A stretch of DNA of 63,271 bases, counting the filler, from Sphacelaria rigidula (Eukaryota), in NCBI GenBank assembly GCA_964200075.2. It is 9 parts of 9 records of this genome, joined end to end, with 100 filler letters (N's around TTAATTAATTAA, not from the genome) between each part and the next. Parts side by side here need not be neighbours in the genome. Positions count along the whole stretch, not along the records: positions 21,127 to 28,067 come from CAXNAA020017295.1; positions 28,168 to 35,108 come from CAXNAA020017296.1; positions 35,209 to 42,149 come from CAXNAA020017297.1; 6 more parts are not named here. The stretch is one strand, 5' to 3'. Made by a program: the position numbers and the translations under genes. The notes beneath the pieces are model-generated. The model was given only the letters and a program-made list of their open reading frames with translations. It searched no databases and was not told the DNA's origin. Below are positions 24,333 through 36,079 of the stretch, in pieces. Within the stretch, counting starts at the first letter, position 1. Every line of letters starts with the position of its first letter.

Positions 24333-25597
24333 CATCGTCAGATTTTACGGAGTAAGAGTGTGTACAACAATGCATTTAAGCACGCCGTTGAGGTCAATGA
24401 ACATCGTCACACCAGCAAGGACAGCGTCGTCGGAGGTTGTGATCTGCACCTCTTACATGTGGGCAACAGACAGGACAGAATTGAAATTGACGATGATCAC
24501 GTCAGTTCTGTGAACGTGCTGCATCACCAAAAGGGAGGTGTTTGTGTTCTTTTCGTCAGTTTTGCCCCCATGTGTTGAACATCCGTGGAAAATGACGTTG
24601 TCATCCCCTAACGTGAAAGCCTCACTTCGAGGCGGCATGCACATAGTGTAAGGGAGCGACGCTTGACCGCATTCAAGTGGGACTGAGCCGTGAAGTGGAC
24701 CGGGCCCTGCTCACGAGAGATGAGGTGCAAACCCAACTTCAGCGCCGGAAAGAGGGATTCAATCTTTATTTAGACCACCTCGAAGTAGGGACACCACGGT
24801 GTGAGTGTGGTATTCGAAGTGAGTGCTTTTGTCTGACTTCCCCAATTTCCATCTCTGTGAGGTATGTGGAAATATCACTCGGGCGGACTTCCGTCTGTTT
24901 TTCGCCGCAGACACTTGTAACTGGATGGGATAGATACCGAAAAATAAGTTGTACCTGCACCTGAGCACGGTGAAATGAACGAGGCGGAGCTGCAAAATAA
25001 GAGAAGAAAATATACCCATAAATTGATACATTCGGTTGAGGATAGGCCAAACTCGGCGCTCTCAGCCAACACGGCTACATTGGGAGTTGAAACTGTTGGG
25101 GACTTCGATAACAAGGACAAGTTCACGGCGTCGGATCACGCCACTTTTCTCGGCACGAGGGACGACCGGCCGGGCATTTGAACATCACCGCTGCAAAAAT
25201 TCAGGACTGCAGTACAAGGGTACAGTATGGCGACGCTATTGGGTGTCGCAGGCCAACAAGCTATGGGAACAAAACAGCAGCGCCGGACATGCTTCTCGGT
25301 GAGAGGTATGAAGACCTCTTTTACTCAAAAAATGGATATGAGTCAACCAGCGAAAGACCAACGAGGGAACTCCGCACTCTGGGAGTCACCGCAGGGCACC
25401 AAGTCACGGGTGAGTTTCTCGGCTGGTGATCTGTGATGATACAGGAGACCTGGAGAGAAACTCGGGTCACAGGATCCATACATGGGGATGATATTGCAGT
25501 GAATTGAATATTTGGTGTGAAGCACGATGATGGCCGAGCGTTCAAGACAGGCACCCGAAAAACACCAAGTACCCGATACGTGTCCTGTTTCACTGTA

Positions 25598-27051
25598 CAG
25601 GCTGGTTCACGCTCATCACCCGAAATTTTGTCATCAGCGAATGCCTTTCGCCATACCTACCCAATGGTCGCACACATGATATCATACTGACCGCCATGGA
25701 TAGCTGAAGAGCGTGAAATAGCCGCATTTGTGTGTAAGGCCATAGTGGTAGCGCTAAGGGCTAAAAGGTATATCGTCCAATCAGCGCCCATCAAATTGTT
25801 CCGAAATTGAAATTTCGAATTCCAAGCCCAATTTTCACCCAATCTGCACATGCTTCGAATCGTAGTAACCGTCAATGGCTTGGGAATCTAACGAAAAAAA
25901 CATAACGGTTACTACGGGGGTCGAATTATACCCGAAACCGTGATGTTTCGGTGATGTCGGATGTTGGCGTCGTCTAATTTCCACTGATGATACGCACGAA
26001 AGACCCATGGAGCCTCGTGACGGTGTCCCCTATATTCGTTGTAGAAAAGCTCAGACCGCCCTCAAATTTGGCTCTTCCTTGGGTATTATTGCTCCAAGCG
26101 AAAAAATGTATTCTTGACAATATTTCATGGTTTCTCCGTTCTCTACCGGCTTCCAGGGGTCCCATTATGAAGACCCCCGGAAGGCGGTACAGAATGCGCT
26201 ACAAGATGAATACCAAAACGATGCGTCCCGGGATAGTCCAAGGAACACATGTACAAAGTTTGGTGGACGAACTCGGAAACCTTGTAGAGTTTTTCTTGGC
26301 TTGACGTGAAGTTCACCCCGAAAGACGTTTCAAGTCCACGTCCTCCACAAACGCGTAAACCTTCACGCCGGCATCAGGAGTTAGACCCTGAAACTCTGCA
26401 AAAATATACCATGTGTCATTACGAAAAATTCCATGGATATTTTTTTCTTCTTCTTGATGTTTCACCGTTTTTCGAGGGTCCGCCGGGATCCAAGTCGTTT
26501 TTCGACTTAGTCTCCATTTTAGGACCCCGGAGAACCGGCACTGCGATTTATTTCCCTCATTTTCTCGTGAACGAGCTGTCGCCGCATAACCCAAGGAAGG
26601 GCCCCACAAAATTTCGTCGCAAAAGTTGATCAACTGATGCTTGACTTTTCATGTTCACGTCCAACATGACCCAAAAACGCTGTTTTTGTACCAAAATCAA
26701 GTACTTTGCGGTTTCACCGCGGCACGTCAAACTTCATCGCACAAAAGCGAGAACAACTCACGCCGTTTTTAGGAGTTAGACCCTGAAATTTTTCACAACT
26801 GTGCTATGGGTCATTACGCAACTTAGGATGAACGAGGTTCTTCTTGTTTTTTTTCCTTCACCGTCTACCGGGGTCCGATTTGATCGGTGTTTCCCCGAAA
26901 AACGGTGAAAGAAGTGAAAAAATCGAAAAAGCTCGACCTTTGAAGTTTCCCAATGCCCCATAGACTATTTGTGCAAAAATTTAGGGTCTAACTCCTCAAA
27001 ACGGCGTGAGGTTTGCCTGTGTTATTTGGGTGATAGGCCTGAACCAGCCTG
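25598..27051. mobile_element. TIR family M1 copy, TA-flanked
   Basis: TA|CAGGCTGGTTCACGCTCATCACCC ... GGGTGATAGGCCTGAACCAGCCTG|TA. Confidence 0.85.
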
Positions 27052-27766
27052 TAGTGCAATACAGACACACATACGTTCTCTCTCCAAGTGCTGTAACTGT
27101 CACTGTTTTGTGGTGTATTTAGACCCTACGAAGACGGTTTGGTCTCCGCTGAAATGCTTCAGGTGCTGCACTGTGGTTGTGTTCGTCTCTTTGTAAAATA
27201 TAGTATCAGTCGGGACGAAGTGCGGTCGGTCCACAAACCTGACCGCCTGTTGAAAACTTCATGTTACCTGGACCCATCACTTGCGCAATACCGAGCATGG
27301 CTGGGTAAAGACACACAACCAGTGCCGATGAACACCGCTCGACCGGCTGGGCCAGACCCCATGCTTCGATGAAGGGAGCAACGCACAGCACAGTGCGGAT
27401 AAACTGCACCGCCAGGGTGCTGCTTGCATCCGTCAGCATGGCGGCTGCTCCCGCTGGCATTAACGCCAGCGCTCGCGGCCACGGAAAGACACAACCAGTC
27501 ATCGTAAGACGGGGATATACCGATACGCGAGCATCGCAGAGACTCACTGCGGCGGCAATGCACCAGTCGCTGTCTGCTTGTCTACTTACAGCTTCGTTTC
27601 TTTGCTGCTGTTCTATCCATCCCGGCGTATACCACAGGTGGGACTCGAGTCTGCGAGCCATCACAGGCATTTTTCTCAACATATCTCACTACGAAGGTCG
27701 CCTTTCATCAAAGGTTATGACATTTATACATGGGTCGTGCACTCGTTGGGATACTCGTCATCATTT

Positions 27767-27906
27767 GTGACCCACAGACGGTGCAGTTGGGATTGTTTCA
27801 ATATATATTTTCGTATGGGACACAATCGTAAGAGAAACAAGTGCACTGCCTGTGTATATATTTTGTATATATATATATATATCCAACTGCACCATCTGTG
27901 GGTCAC
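27767..27906. mobile_element. Small (~140 bp) MITE
   Basis: GTGACCCACAGACGGTGCAGTTGG / CCAACTGCACCATCTGTGGGTCAC inverted ends (23/24); TSD not evident. Confidence 0.65.
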
Positions 27907-28009
27907 GGACGACTCATTTTTTCATATACATTTGAATATAGGACAATCGGAACAGAAACATGTGCACTAGTGCACTACCTATCTATATACTCCGGATGTC
28001 ATAACCTTT

Positions 28010-28067
28010 CACGGTTAGACAAATCATCACGACTCAAAATCACCAAATTCACGATTTCTTCGACCCG
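28010..28067 (-). mobile_element. End of MITE family M7, cut by contig end
   Basis: Reverse complement of the right end of 32746-33006 and 58446-58701. Confidence 0.7.
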
Positions 28068-28167
28068 NNNNNNNNNNNNNNNNNNNNNNNNNNNNNNNNN
28101 NNNNNNNNNNNTTAATTAATTAANNNNNNNNNNNNNNNNNNNNNNNNNNNNNNNNNNNNNNNNNNNN
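28068..28167. other. Artificial contig linker
   Basis: 44 N + TTAATTAATTAA + 44 N. Confidence 0.99.
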
Positions 28168-28410
28168 TGGGCAAAAAACGACAAGGTATACCTTTTCTAG
28201 GCCATTGTCCAAAATAAAAACCCAACCCACCATCCATCTTTAATTAATTAATTCATTAATTTCTATATAATATTGTCCTGGGTGTGAAAAAATTCGAATT
28301 GGTTTCTATGTTTGCTACGTATATGTTGTATACCCGTTGTTACATCTCCCTGCATAAATATCTGTCTCATTGAACCGTTCTGGTTGAAAATTTTTCGCCT
28401 TTCTGCGCAG

Positions 28411-28566
28411 CTCCGCCTTTGCCGCCGAGGCGATCGCTGGTGACGGTAAAGGGAGCGGGTAGCGGGGGGGGCATGCGGTTCAGGCTGTGCTCGTACAACC
28501 TGCTGGCGGAGATCTACGCCACGCAGCAGGCCTATCCGTATTGCGACTTCTGGGCTCTATCTTGGG
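28411..28566 (+). CDS. CCR4: CCR4/CNOT6-type deadenylase (EEP family), internal exon A
   Basis: CAG acceptor; FRLCSYNLLAEIYATQQAYPYCDFWALSW; GTGAGG donor at 28567, phase 1. Confidence 0.9.
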
Positions 28567-28574
28567 GTGAGGAG

Positions 28575-28770
28575 CAAGGGTGTGTTGAACAGGGTATATT
28601 CTACATATGGGTATTTTTGAAGAGTCGCACTCTTGAAATTACAGTACCCAAAAGTTGGGTGGAGTACTGAGGGGGTACTCAATAATACCCAGATGTTGGG
28701 TAGAGTCATGCAATCGTACCTAACTTCACCACACTTGAGACAACCCATGCATTATCTCAGTAGTGTGGTA
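28575..28770 (-). mobile_element. Degenerate right end of MITE family M8, just inside the CCR4 intron
   Basis: Resembles reverse complement of 60300-60380, with TACCC/GGGTA motifs. Confidence 0.55.
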
Positions 28771-29573
28771 TGATCCATCAAAGGGGGAAAAGGTACCGCC
28801 GTGTTATGCCAAAACACTCAGCAGCTGACTCATACGGAAATAATTCACATGGGTTGAGGCGTCCGACGTGTGAAGATAACCCGATATTTGCGTAGAATTT
28901 GGAAATCGGACCACAACAAACGGGGAAGGAATTGAAGTGCCACAGCTGCATTATAGTCGGCTCGGCCAATATGTGACAAAATGCATTTACAATATACATG
29001 CATGAATGGATGATGGCGAAAACATTGCGGCACCATGAAGGAGTTAAAGTGTTATACTGCGCGGAAGCAAGCAGGTCAGTGTGAGATAATAATTTGGTCA
29101 ATCTATCCGGCAATCAATGAATGGATTGATGATTTAACAAAAAAGAAGTCGTGATACTGTAGTCTCTTGAATAGGTCATTACGGTTGTTACCAACGGGAC
29201 TTTTTTTCAGACAAAAAATCGGACATTTTCGACAGTTTTCTACTTTTCTCCGATACATGAGAGAGCAGAGTTCCTCAGCCAGGGCAGGGAATAAATGAAT
29301 CCGAGACTGACTACAGCTTTCTCCGAAGATACATCGTCATTCTTTTTTCTTTGAGAAGTCTGGGAGGGGGGGGGGGGCGGGGGGCAAATCTGATTCATCC
29401 GAAAGTCGAAAAAAGTCTGGAAAAAGTCCCGTCAATAACGCCCCACATGTTGTGCGCAAGGAAGATATTGTGAGATAATAATCATTTGATCAATCGATCA
29501 ATCAGCCAATAGAGCGGTCAATTGACGGAACTGGGGGACTGGGGTTTACTGAACTGGACTGAACTGTGCGCAG

Positions 29574-29743
29574 GATATCGCAAGACTAACCTCTTGCGGG
29601 AGCTGTTGGAGGCTGGGGCGGATGTGTTGTGTCTCCAGGAGATGCAGTCGGATGCGTATCACCAGCACTTCCAGCCACATCTGTCGGAAAAGGGATACGA
29701 CGGACTGTACAAGGCGAAGACAAGGGAAGGGGCCATGGGGAAG
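29574..29743 (+). CDS. CCR4: CCR4 internal exon B
   Basis: (G)YRKTNLLRELLEAGADVLCLQEMQ...GYDGLYKAKTREGAMGK; contains the catalytic CLQE motif; AG/GT boundaries in phase. Confidence 0.92.
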
Positions 29744-29999
29744 GTATGCGTGTGCGTGTGTGTTGTTGTTTGTTGTTGTTGTTGCTCGGCTACTGCTACT
29801 GCTGCCGCTGCCGCTGCTGCCGTGTTGTAGAGCATGTATATGTACGAATGCGTTCAGATTATCGTTTCTTCTTTTTTATAATGACGGAGTTTTGGCCAAT
29901 GATTTGTAAGTCTTGCATTTTTTGTTTGTTAACCCTAAAGACTGCGAGTGTCGCCTCAGAACAGTTTCACAGGCTGATAGTTCGGAGACATTCGGGCGA

Positions 30000-31754
30000 C
30001 ATAGTCTGAGTGTTCTGAACCAGCCAAGCAACGCCACCCAAGCTGCGATGCATGAAGCAAGCCACCCGGTCTTCACCGGATCGTAACGGCGAGGCTTGGC
30101 CTTCACCGCCTTTGCCTGTGGCTTAAGCTGCACCCTCATTGGCTTAACGCGCGCTGGCGGATCACCACGCAGCGCACGACCTCAGGTATCCACGCGACGA
30201 GCCAAAATATCACGCAGACGATATGCGCCATCGGCGCTCAGGCTTCTGCTCGGCCTGCTGCACGCTACCCTCTAGCGCACGTTTTTTGGGACCTCCCTCC
30301 TCCGCAGGGTCCATGAGCGTTTCGGCCCCCTGATCGACCAAGCACTCCACCGCTGCATCCGCAGGAGCCTTCTCATTGACACTCTGGAACGACCGTATGG
30401 AGACAGTGACATGCCTCGCGGCAAATAGCTGAGGGCTTCCACGCCATTTTGCACCGGCACAGCACGCGGGCGTAACTTATCCAGCGCCAGCAGGTACAAA
30501 TCGATCCTGAGCTCCTTCATCGCCGCCATCCCAAACAGAACCACGTCATCCCTGCCGGGCATGACAGCGAAAGTGATGGGCTGCAACTCCACAGCCTCCC
30601 ACGGCGTACGCACGCTAACAGTAATCGGCATCGTTTTACGAGTAACCGTCACGGGAGTACCCGTGGCGGTCTGCGCCGTTTGCTGTCCATTTTCGAACGG
30701 AAGCTGCAACTGAGCGCCGCCAAACTGCGAAGACATTTGTTCCGGCAACCCCACACCAATCGATGTGAGCGCGGACCCAAAATCTAGAAAAACGCAGGCC
30801 ATGAACGAACCTACGGAACCAAGCAAGGAAATATATGCGTGTAAGGATTCAGCCTTGTGATCGACAGGCACCACACCTGCCGAAGAACCCTGGGCGGTAC
30901 CAAGAGTCACCTGACGCCAGGGCTGCACTCCAGGACTTGGCATCGAAAATTGAGAATCGGCGGTCCACCCAGACCATGTCGCCGAATATGCAGACGGCGT
31001 CGTTACAGCCGTCGCAGCAGTAGGAGATGCACCCGACACGGATCCTGCCTGGCCGAGGGGTTGCGAACTATCTGCTCCATCACTCCCCACCGAAGTATTA
31101 GCACTTCCCACGTACACGCCCGCCCCGACAGGGACGAGCCATAAGATCCAGAGTCACCACCTGATGACGTCGTCGAAGAAAGAGCAGCGGAGGAATCACC
31201 ATCCGCCGCCGCGAGATCCTGATGAACCTCGCGCATTGCCCTGAGCAGCACCTTGAGCGCGAGGCATGGTGCAGTCCTTGATAAGGTGTCCGTGTCGCCG
31301 CAGTTTTAACACGCGCCAGTGGACGACGCTCGCGAAGACGGCTGCTGTTTCTGTTGCTGCTGTTGTTTGCGGCGCGTACCACCTGCACTTGCCGCAGAGT
31401 CGCGCCGGCCATGCGACTCAATGATTCTCCAGTGGTGGGCGGCATCAAATATCTTGTTCAGACACCTTGTCCCATATAAATATCAAATACAGAGTTGGAC
31501 TCCGAGCACGCGGAGTACCGCAAAAGGTAGCACCCTGGCTTCTCCGACCCTGCTGTTACATATCTTGTGCTCGTGGACGATGGATCTCAGAGTCCTCTTG
31601 GACTAGTTATTTTTAGGTGGCTCATGAGCAGTCCGACATGTGGAGATCTCTGACCGAGTAAGGGCTGAGGGGTCGACAGCCAAGACTTGTCAACCATTCG
31701 GGAACTAAAAGCTGTGAACTTTATCCCCGCCGGATGTAATCGAGCTAGTATTAC
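30000..31754 (-). mobile_element. Ty3/gypsy remnant, internally deleted, in CCR4 intron
   Basis: Minus strand: broken zinc knuckle C*NCGD/GHLIKDC (~31270-31315), aspartic protease CVFLDFGSALTSI...DVVLFG, then RT start MRVQLKPQAKAVKAKPRRY; protease directly before RT is gypsy order. ~31460-31754 may be LTR. Confidence 0.78.
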
Positions 31755-31762
31755 CACGTAAC

Positions 31763-32203
31763 CACAGGCACCATAGGTGAGGTACCGTACCGAGCGTACT
31801 CTCGGTATTTACCGGGGTTTCCCATACCGTGGTATGCGTGGGTATCGTAGGTATGAGATTTCAAAATACCCGATTGAACGGGTATGGTGGGTTTCGAAAT
31901 CTCGAAATACAGTGGTATCGTAGGTATCGTAGGTATGCGATTTGAAAATACCCGATTGAACGGGTATGGTGGGTTTCGAAATCTCGAAATACAGTGGTAT
32001 CGTAGGTATCGTAGGTATCGTAGGTATGCGATTTGAAAATACCTGATGAAGCGGGTACGGCAGGTGCCGACATGTTGAAATACCGTGGGATCGTCGGTAT
32101 CGTATGGATGACATTTGAGAATACCACACTGGACCGGTATCGGTAGGGTATGAGATGTTCCGAATACCGGTGCCGGGTACCTACCTTACCTATGGTGCCT
32201 GTG
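31763..32203. mobile_element. MITE M6 with GGTATCGTA tandem repeats
   Basis: TIR CACAGGCACCATAGGT / ACCTATGGTGCCTGTG; flanks CACGTAAC / GACGTAAC; internal ~80-bp duplication and 9-bp tandem units. Confidence 0.85.
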
Positions 32204-32442
32204 GACGTAACGTAGCGTGGTGCTCCCTTCGTTCCGTCTTTTTTTTCCTTTCTTTCTTGTCACACTTTTAGCTCCTCCTCTTCCATCGGGACGAGTCCGT
32301 GGTCTCGAGGGGATCGATCAGCCCATCGTATCTCTCCTCCAGTACGCACACGCCTCACGTTTTTGGTATCACGGGTTGCATTATGACCAAAACGCCCATC
32401 CCTCGTCGGCTCTCGTCAAACACGAACTCAGTTGAACAAACC

Positions 32443-32616
32443 TTTTTTTTCGTTGATACTCACGTACGTCCTCACGCTTTCAACGGCATAAATGACATAC
32501 TCTTCGAAGAGAAAATAATAATCTCGAACGCATTAAACAAGAATTGAACCCAACCATGTTCTTTCCACCCTCTCGCGGTGGCGTCAGTTTTAGTTGGACC
32601 ACTGGACCACCAGGGC
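32443..32616 (-). mobile_element. Possible second tRNA-derived SINE (S2) with oligo-A tail
   Basis: Minus strand GCCCTGGTGGTCCAGTGG (A box) ... GGTTCAATTC (B box) ... A8; single copy in window. Confidence 0.45.
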
Positions 32617-32745
32617 GCGCGCGAAGTATGTATCTTGACTCGATTTCTTGTGACTTGGGGAGTTGAAGCGGCGGGTGCCACGAACATTTTTTTCTCTGTC
32701 TCTGCATGATCCCCCATCATCTAAAGTTTAATCTATGCTTTTTTT

Positions 32746-33006
32746 CAAGGGTTGGACAAATCAATGATTCGTCTGGAAATTACTTGGTTTTAGTATAACT
32801 GATTCGAATCGTACGAATTCATCCCCAGGCTTCGTTTTCAGGGTTGCAGCCCAGGTACACGCACCCCATACACGTGGAATGGCGCAAAAGTTACGTGGAT
32901 ACCCCTTGGACCAGCGGTCAACTTTTTTCTCCCTTTTTTTGGGCAATCAGGCCGAAGAAATCGTGGATTTAGTGATTCTTAGTCGTGACGATTCGTCCTA
33001 ACCGTG
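32746..33006. mobile_element. MITE M7, 8-bp TSD (hAT/P-like)
   Basis: CAAGGGTTGGACAAATC ... GATTCGTCCTAACCGTG, flanked on both sides by CTTTTTTT; homologous to 58446-58701. Confidence 0.85.
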
Positions 33007-33145
33007 CTTTTTTTCGCAGGAAACCAGATGCCTCAAAGTTCATACTTGGTCGTTTCGTACTCCTTGAATGTAGCGAATAAAACACGATCGTTATGTAGAG
33101 TCCCCACCCTCCTCTTGGTTCCTCTTGGTGACCCTGGGACTAAAG

Positions 33146-33313
33146 GTGGACGGGTGCGCGATCTTCTGGCGTCGTGCGAAGTTTCGGCTGTCGGAGAACT
33201 ACACGGTGGAGTTCAATGAGTGCGCACGGCGTGCCGTGTCGGCCATGCCGGGGCTGCCTCCGGACGATGGACACCACTTCCTCATGCGAGTCAGCAAGGA
33301 CAATATTGCACAG
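33146..33313 (+). CDS. CCR4: CCR4 internal exon C
   Basis: VDGCAIFWRRAKF...RVSKDNIAQ (DGCAxF and KDNxA motifs); AAG acceptor, GT donor, phase 0. Confidence 0.92.
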
Positions 33314-34830
33314 GTGTGTGTGTGTGCTGCTTGTGCTGTTTGTGCTGTTTGTGCTGTTTGTCATTCTCCATGCGGTTTGTGTGACATGATCCGTGCAGTT
33401 TGTGTGTCATGCTCCCTACTTAAGAACAAAAGTGTCAAACGAGGTGGGCTCCTGGCGAGGGAGAGATAGGTTGATTCCTTGAGATGACGGACTCGAACCG
33501 AAGGAGAGGGATTGTTGACGCTAATATATGGCGAGAAAATATAGAAAGCGTGCGTGTTTTGCACAAATGCGCGAGATCCGTCAATGTATCTATGTATCTG
33601 TGTATGCATGAAGGGCCTTGCCCTAGTTCAGGATGTGTTGGGCTGAGTCGCCACCTGCTTCCTCTTTTGCCAGAGGGTTGGCCCCATAACGACCAGTCCT
33701 GAATCCTATCGAGAATCAGTTTTGTACAGATTGGGCCCCAGACCTGCACGCAAGTTCAGAAATGTGGCGGGTCTGGAAGTGGTCGTTAGTCCAAGGTCTG
33801 TGTAATGCTGCAGATATCACGCAACAAGGTAACACAACACCTGCACGCCCAGCCCCGAAAAAGCCTGGACAGACACCCACCCCTTACGCGTATTAGGTTC
33901 AGTGCTAGCCATTGCTAATCTAGACACGGCAGTCTTTGTTTGACGGAAATCCGTTCGATATTGGACGAATGACGGCCGCGTGCGTGTAAAAAACAGCCGA
34001 AAACGTGTCGTTGCTGACCGCCTTGTAAGCGTTTGCTGCGCGCGCGGCTCACACAAATCATCATTTCTCAATTAATGCTGAACAGATTTGAGCTAGGTCA
34101 CGCACAACGTGCACAGCTGATATGCAGCTACGGCTTGAGGTGTGTGTTTTTCGTTTGCGCGGCCACCAAGTTCCTCAGGTTCAGCTCTGATTGTGTTGGG
34201 TTGTGTGGTAAGCCTTCGCATGTGCCCCTGTCAACGGGACAAATATGTTCACCTTCGAGGTGCACAGAAATCCCCTCTGGAAAAAGGAATTTCAGAAAGT
34301 GTTGGAGAGGGGATTTCTTGGGGGGGGGGGGGGGGGGGGGGGGGGTGTTTCGCAGCGACCAATCAACGGTCGTTTTCCTAAGAGAGGACTCTGAAGAAGG
34401 GGATTTTCCCCTTCGTTAAGAAGGGCCCTAACCCCAACCCAAGGCATACCTAGAACCGTCGGCCGAGGTGGGTGTGAAGCGTTCCCTAGGCAAAGCGTAG
34501 CGTTGGCAGGCTTCAAAACGGCGCCGCCGTCGCCGATTTCGACGAAAACGCGTTCTGCACACGCTGGGGGCAGTTGGGGCTGTCAACCCCGCTGAAGATC
34601 CGAATATCGGTGTCTACACTCGAATCAACTAATGAAATCCCGGGAATGTTCTATCTGACCAAGTGGTGAACACTACTGTCCAATTCCCCCTCTTCGTTAT
34701 CACTATGGGCACTTTTGTCATTTCCCATTTCACCCGATCTCCCGTATCATCCCATTCGCACTTAACGTGTTCTATTATCCTCGTTTTATTCTCCTTCCGC
34801 ACTTTGTGGAACATGGCCGAAAAACGTCAG

Positions 34831-35016
34831 GTGGCGGTGTTGGAGGTGTTGCAGCGACCGAGGGGACGGCAGGTCCCGCCTGCCTCGGCGCAGCTGTGTG
34901 TCGCCAATACCCACCTTTACTCCAACCCAGAGCTTCCAGACGTGAAGTTGTGGCAGTGCAACGCCCTGTTACAGGAGCTGGAGGGATTCGTCCACAGTCG
35001 ACAACTTCCGTTGTTG
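34831..35016 (+). CDS. CCR4: CCR4 internal exon D
   Basis: VAVLEVL...LCVANTHLYSNPELPDVKLWQ...LPLL (NTH and DVKLWQ motifs); GTGAGT donor at 35017. Confidence 0.92.
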
Positions 35017-35108
35017 GTGAGTAAGTAGAAGGGGGTTGGGGGGGGGGGGGGGGGGGGAAATAATTATATATAAAAAAAAAAAAACATATACACAGACACA
35101 CACACAGA

Positions 35109-35208
35109 NNNNNNNNNNNNNNNNNNNNNNNNNNNNNNNNNNNNNNNNNNNNTTAATTAATTAANNNNNNNNNNNNNNNNNNNNNNNNNNNNNNNNNNNN
35201 NNNNNNNN
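35109..35208. other. Artificial contig linker
   Basis: 44 N + TTAATTAATTAA + 44 N. Confidence 0.99.
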
Positions 35209-36079
35209 AGTCTTGATGCTCACCCCCCAGTCGTTTTCGGAAGATACGAGGAGACATGAGATGGTCATTGATTTGTTGGCTGTTGAATGTCTCGCATTGA
35301 TCAAGGCCCAAGGAGCTACAATAGGCATGGCCGCAAGGTAGATGGACGCACCCACAGTGAAAAAAACGGAAACGCTCACTGAGAAAGCTCGAGAGAAAAT
35401 TGGGGATACGAAGTTGCAGGAAAGCAGAGGAGAACTGAAAAAAAAACAGAATAAAAAGGAACACAACACAACGTACACAGAACAGAAAACAAGAAAAGAC
35501 GGTGAGGTCTAATTGAGCCTACACATGACTATACGCACCTCGAGAGGCAGGGGAGGAGGGGGGGGGTACTCATGATTTTGCATGCCGTAGCCTTATATAT
35601 ATGACCATTGACCTCGCATCCCTACAAAGCCGGAACGGAGAACGCCGGATTCGGGGGGGGTGGGGGAAGTGTACTAATTTGTTGCTTGTCTTGGTCGTTT
35701 GACCATTGACCACGCAGCCCTTTCGAGACGGAGCACCGCGGGGGCGGGGGAGGGAGGGAGGGAGGGGAGTAGAGGAAATACAGATCGCCTCGACGACATG
35801 AACCCTCGACTTGTTCTCCGAACTCTTGTGTCGAACGAAAGTCGAAGTATTGTGGGAAAAATCTTGGTACTATGCGGCACCTTCCTCGTTGCGACGTACA
35901 TCATCCACCACCTGCCCCCCATCCCCCGTCCGTCGGTTGCCCTCTTTGCACCCGACCCAAAACACGTTAACATTCTGGCTGGCCCACATAAGAGCTATGG
36001 ACTGGGCTCGGCCCACCACCCGAAAATCGATTTCATGCCCGCTCGGTCAAAATTTTTCCGGTTTTGATGACAACCACAG

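Noticed and set aside
24340..25430. Possible decayed coding region
   Set aside because: Short disjoint ORFs with no recognisable motif or consistent splice pattern; cannot be supported without a search.
35811..36079. 5' extension of the 454-aa ORF
   Set aside because: Non-ATG start, composition unlike the rest, and a plausible CAG acceptor at 36077-36079; probably intron that is open by chance.
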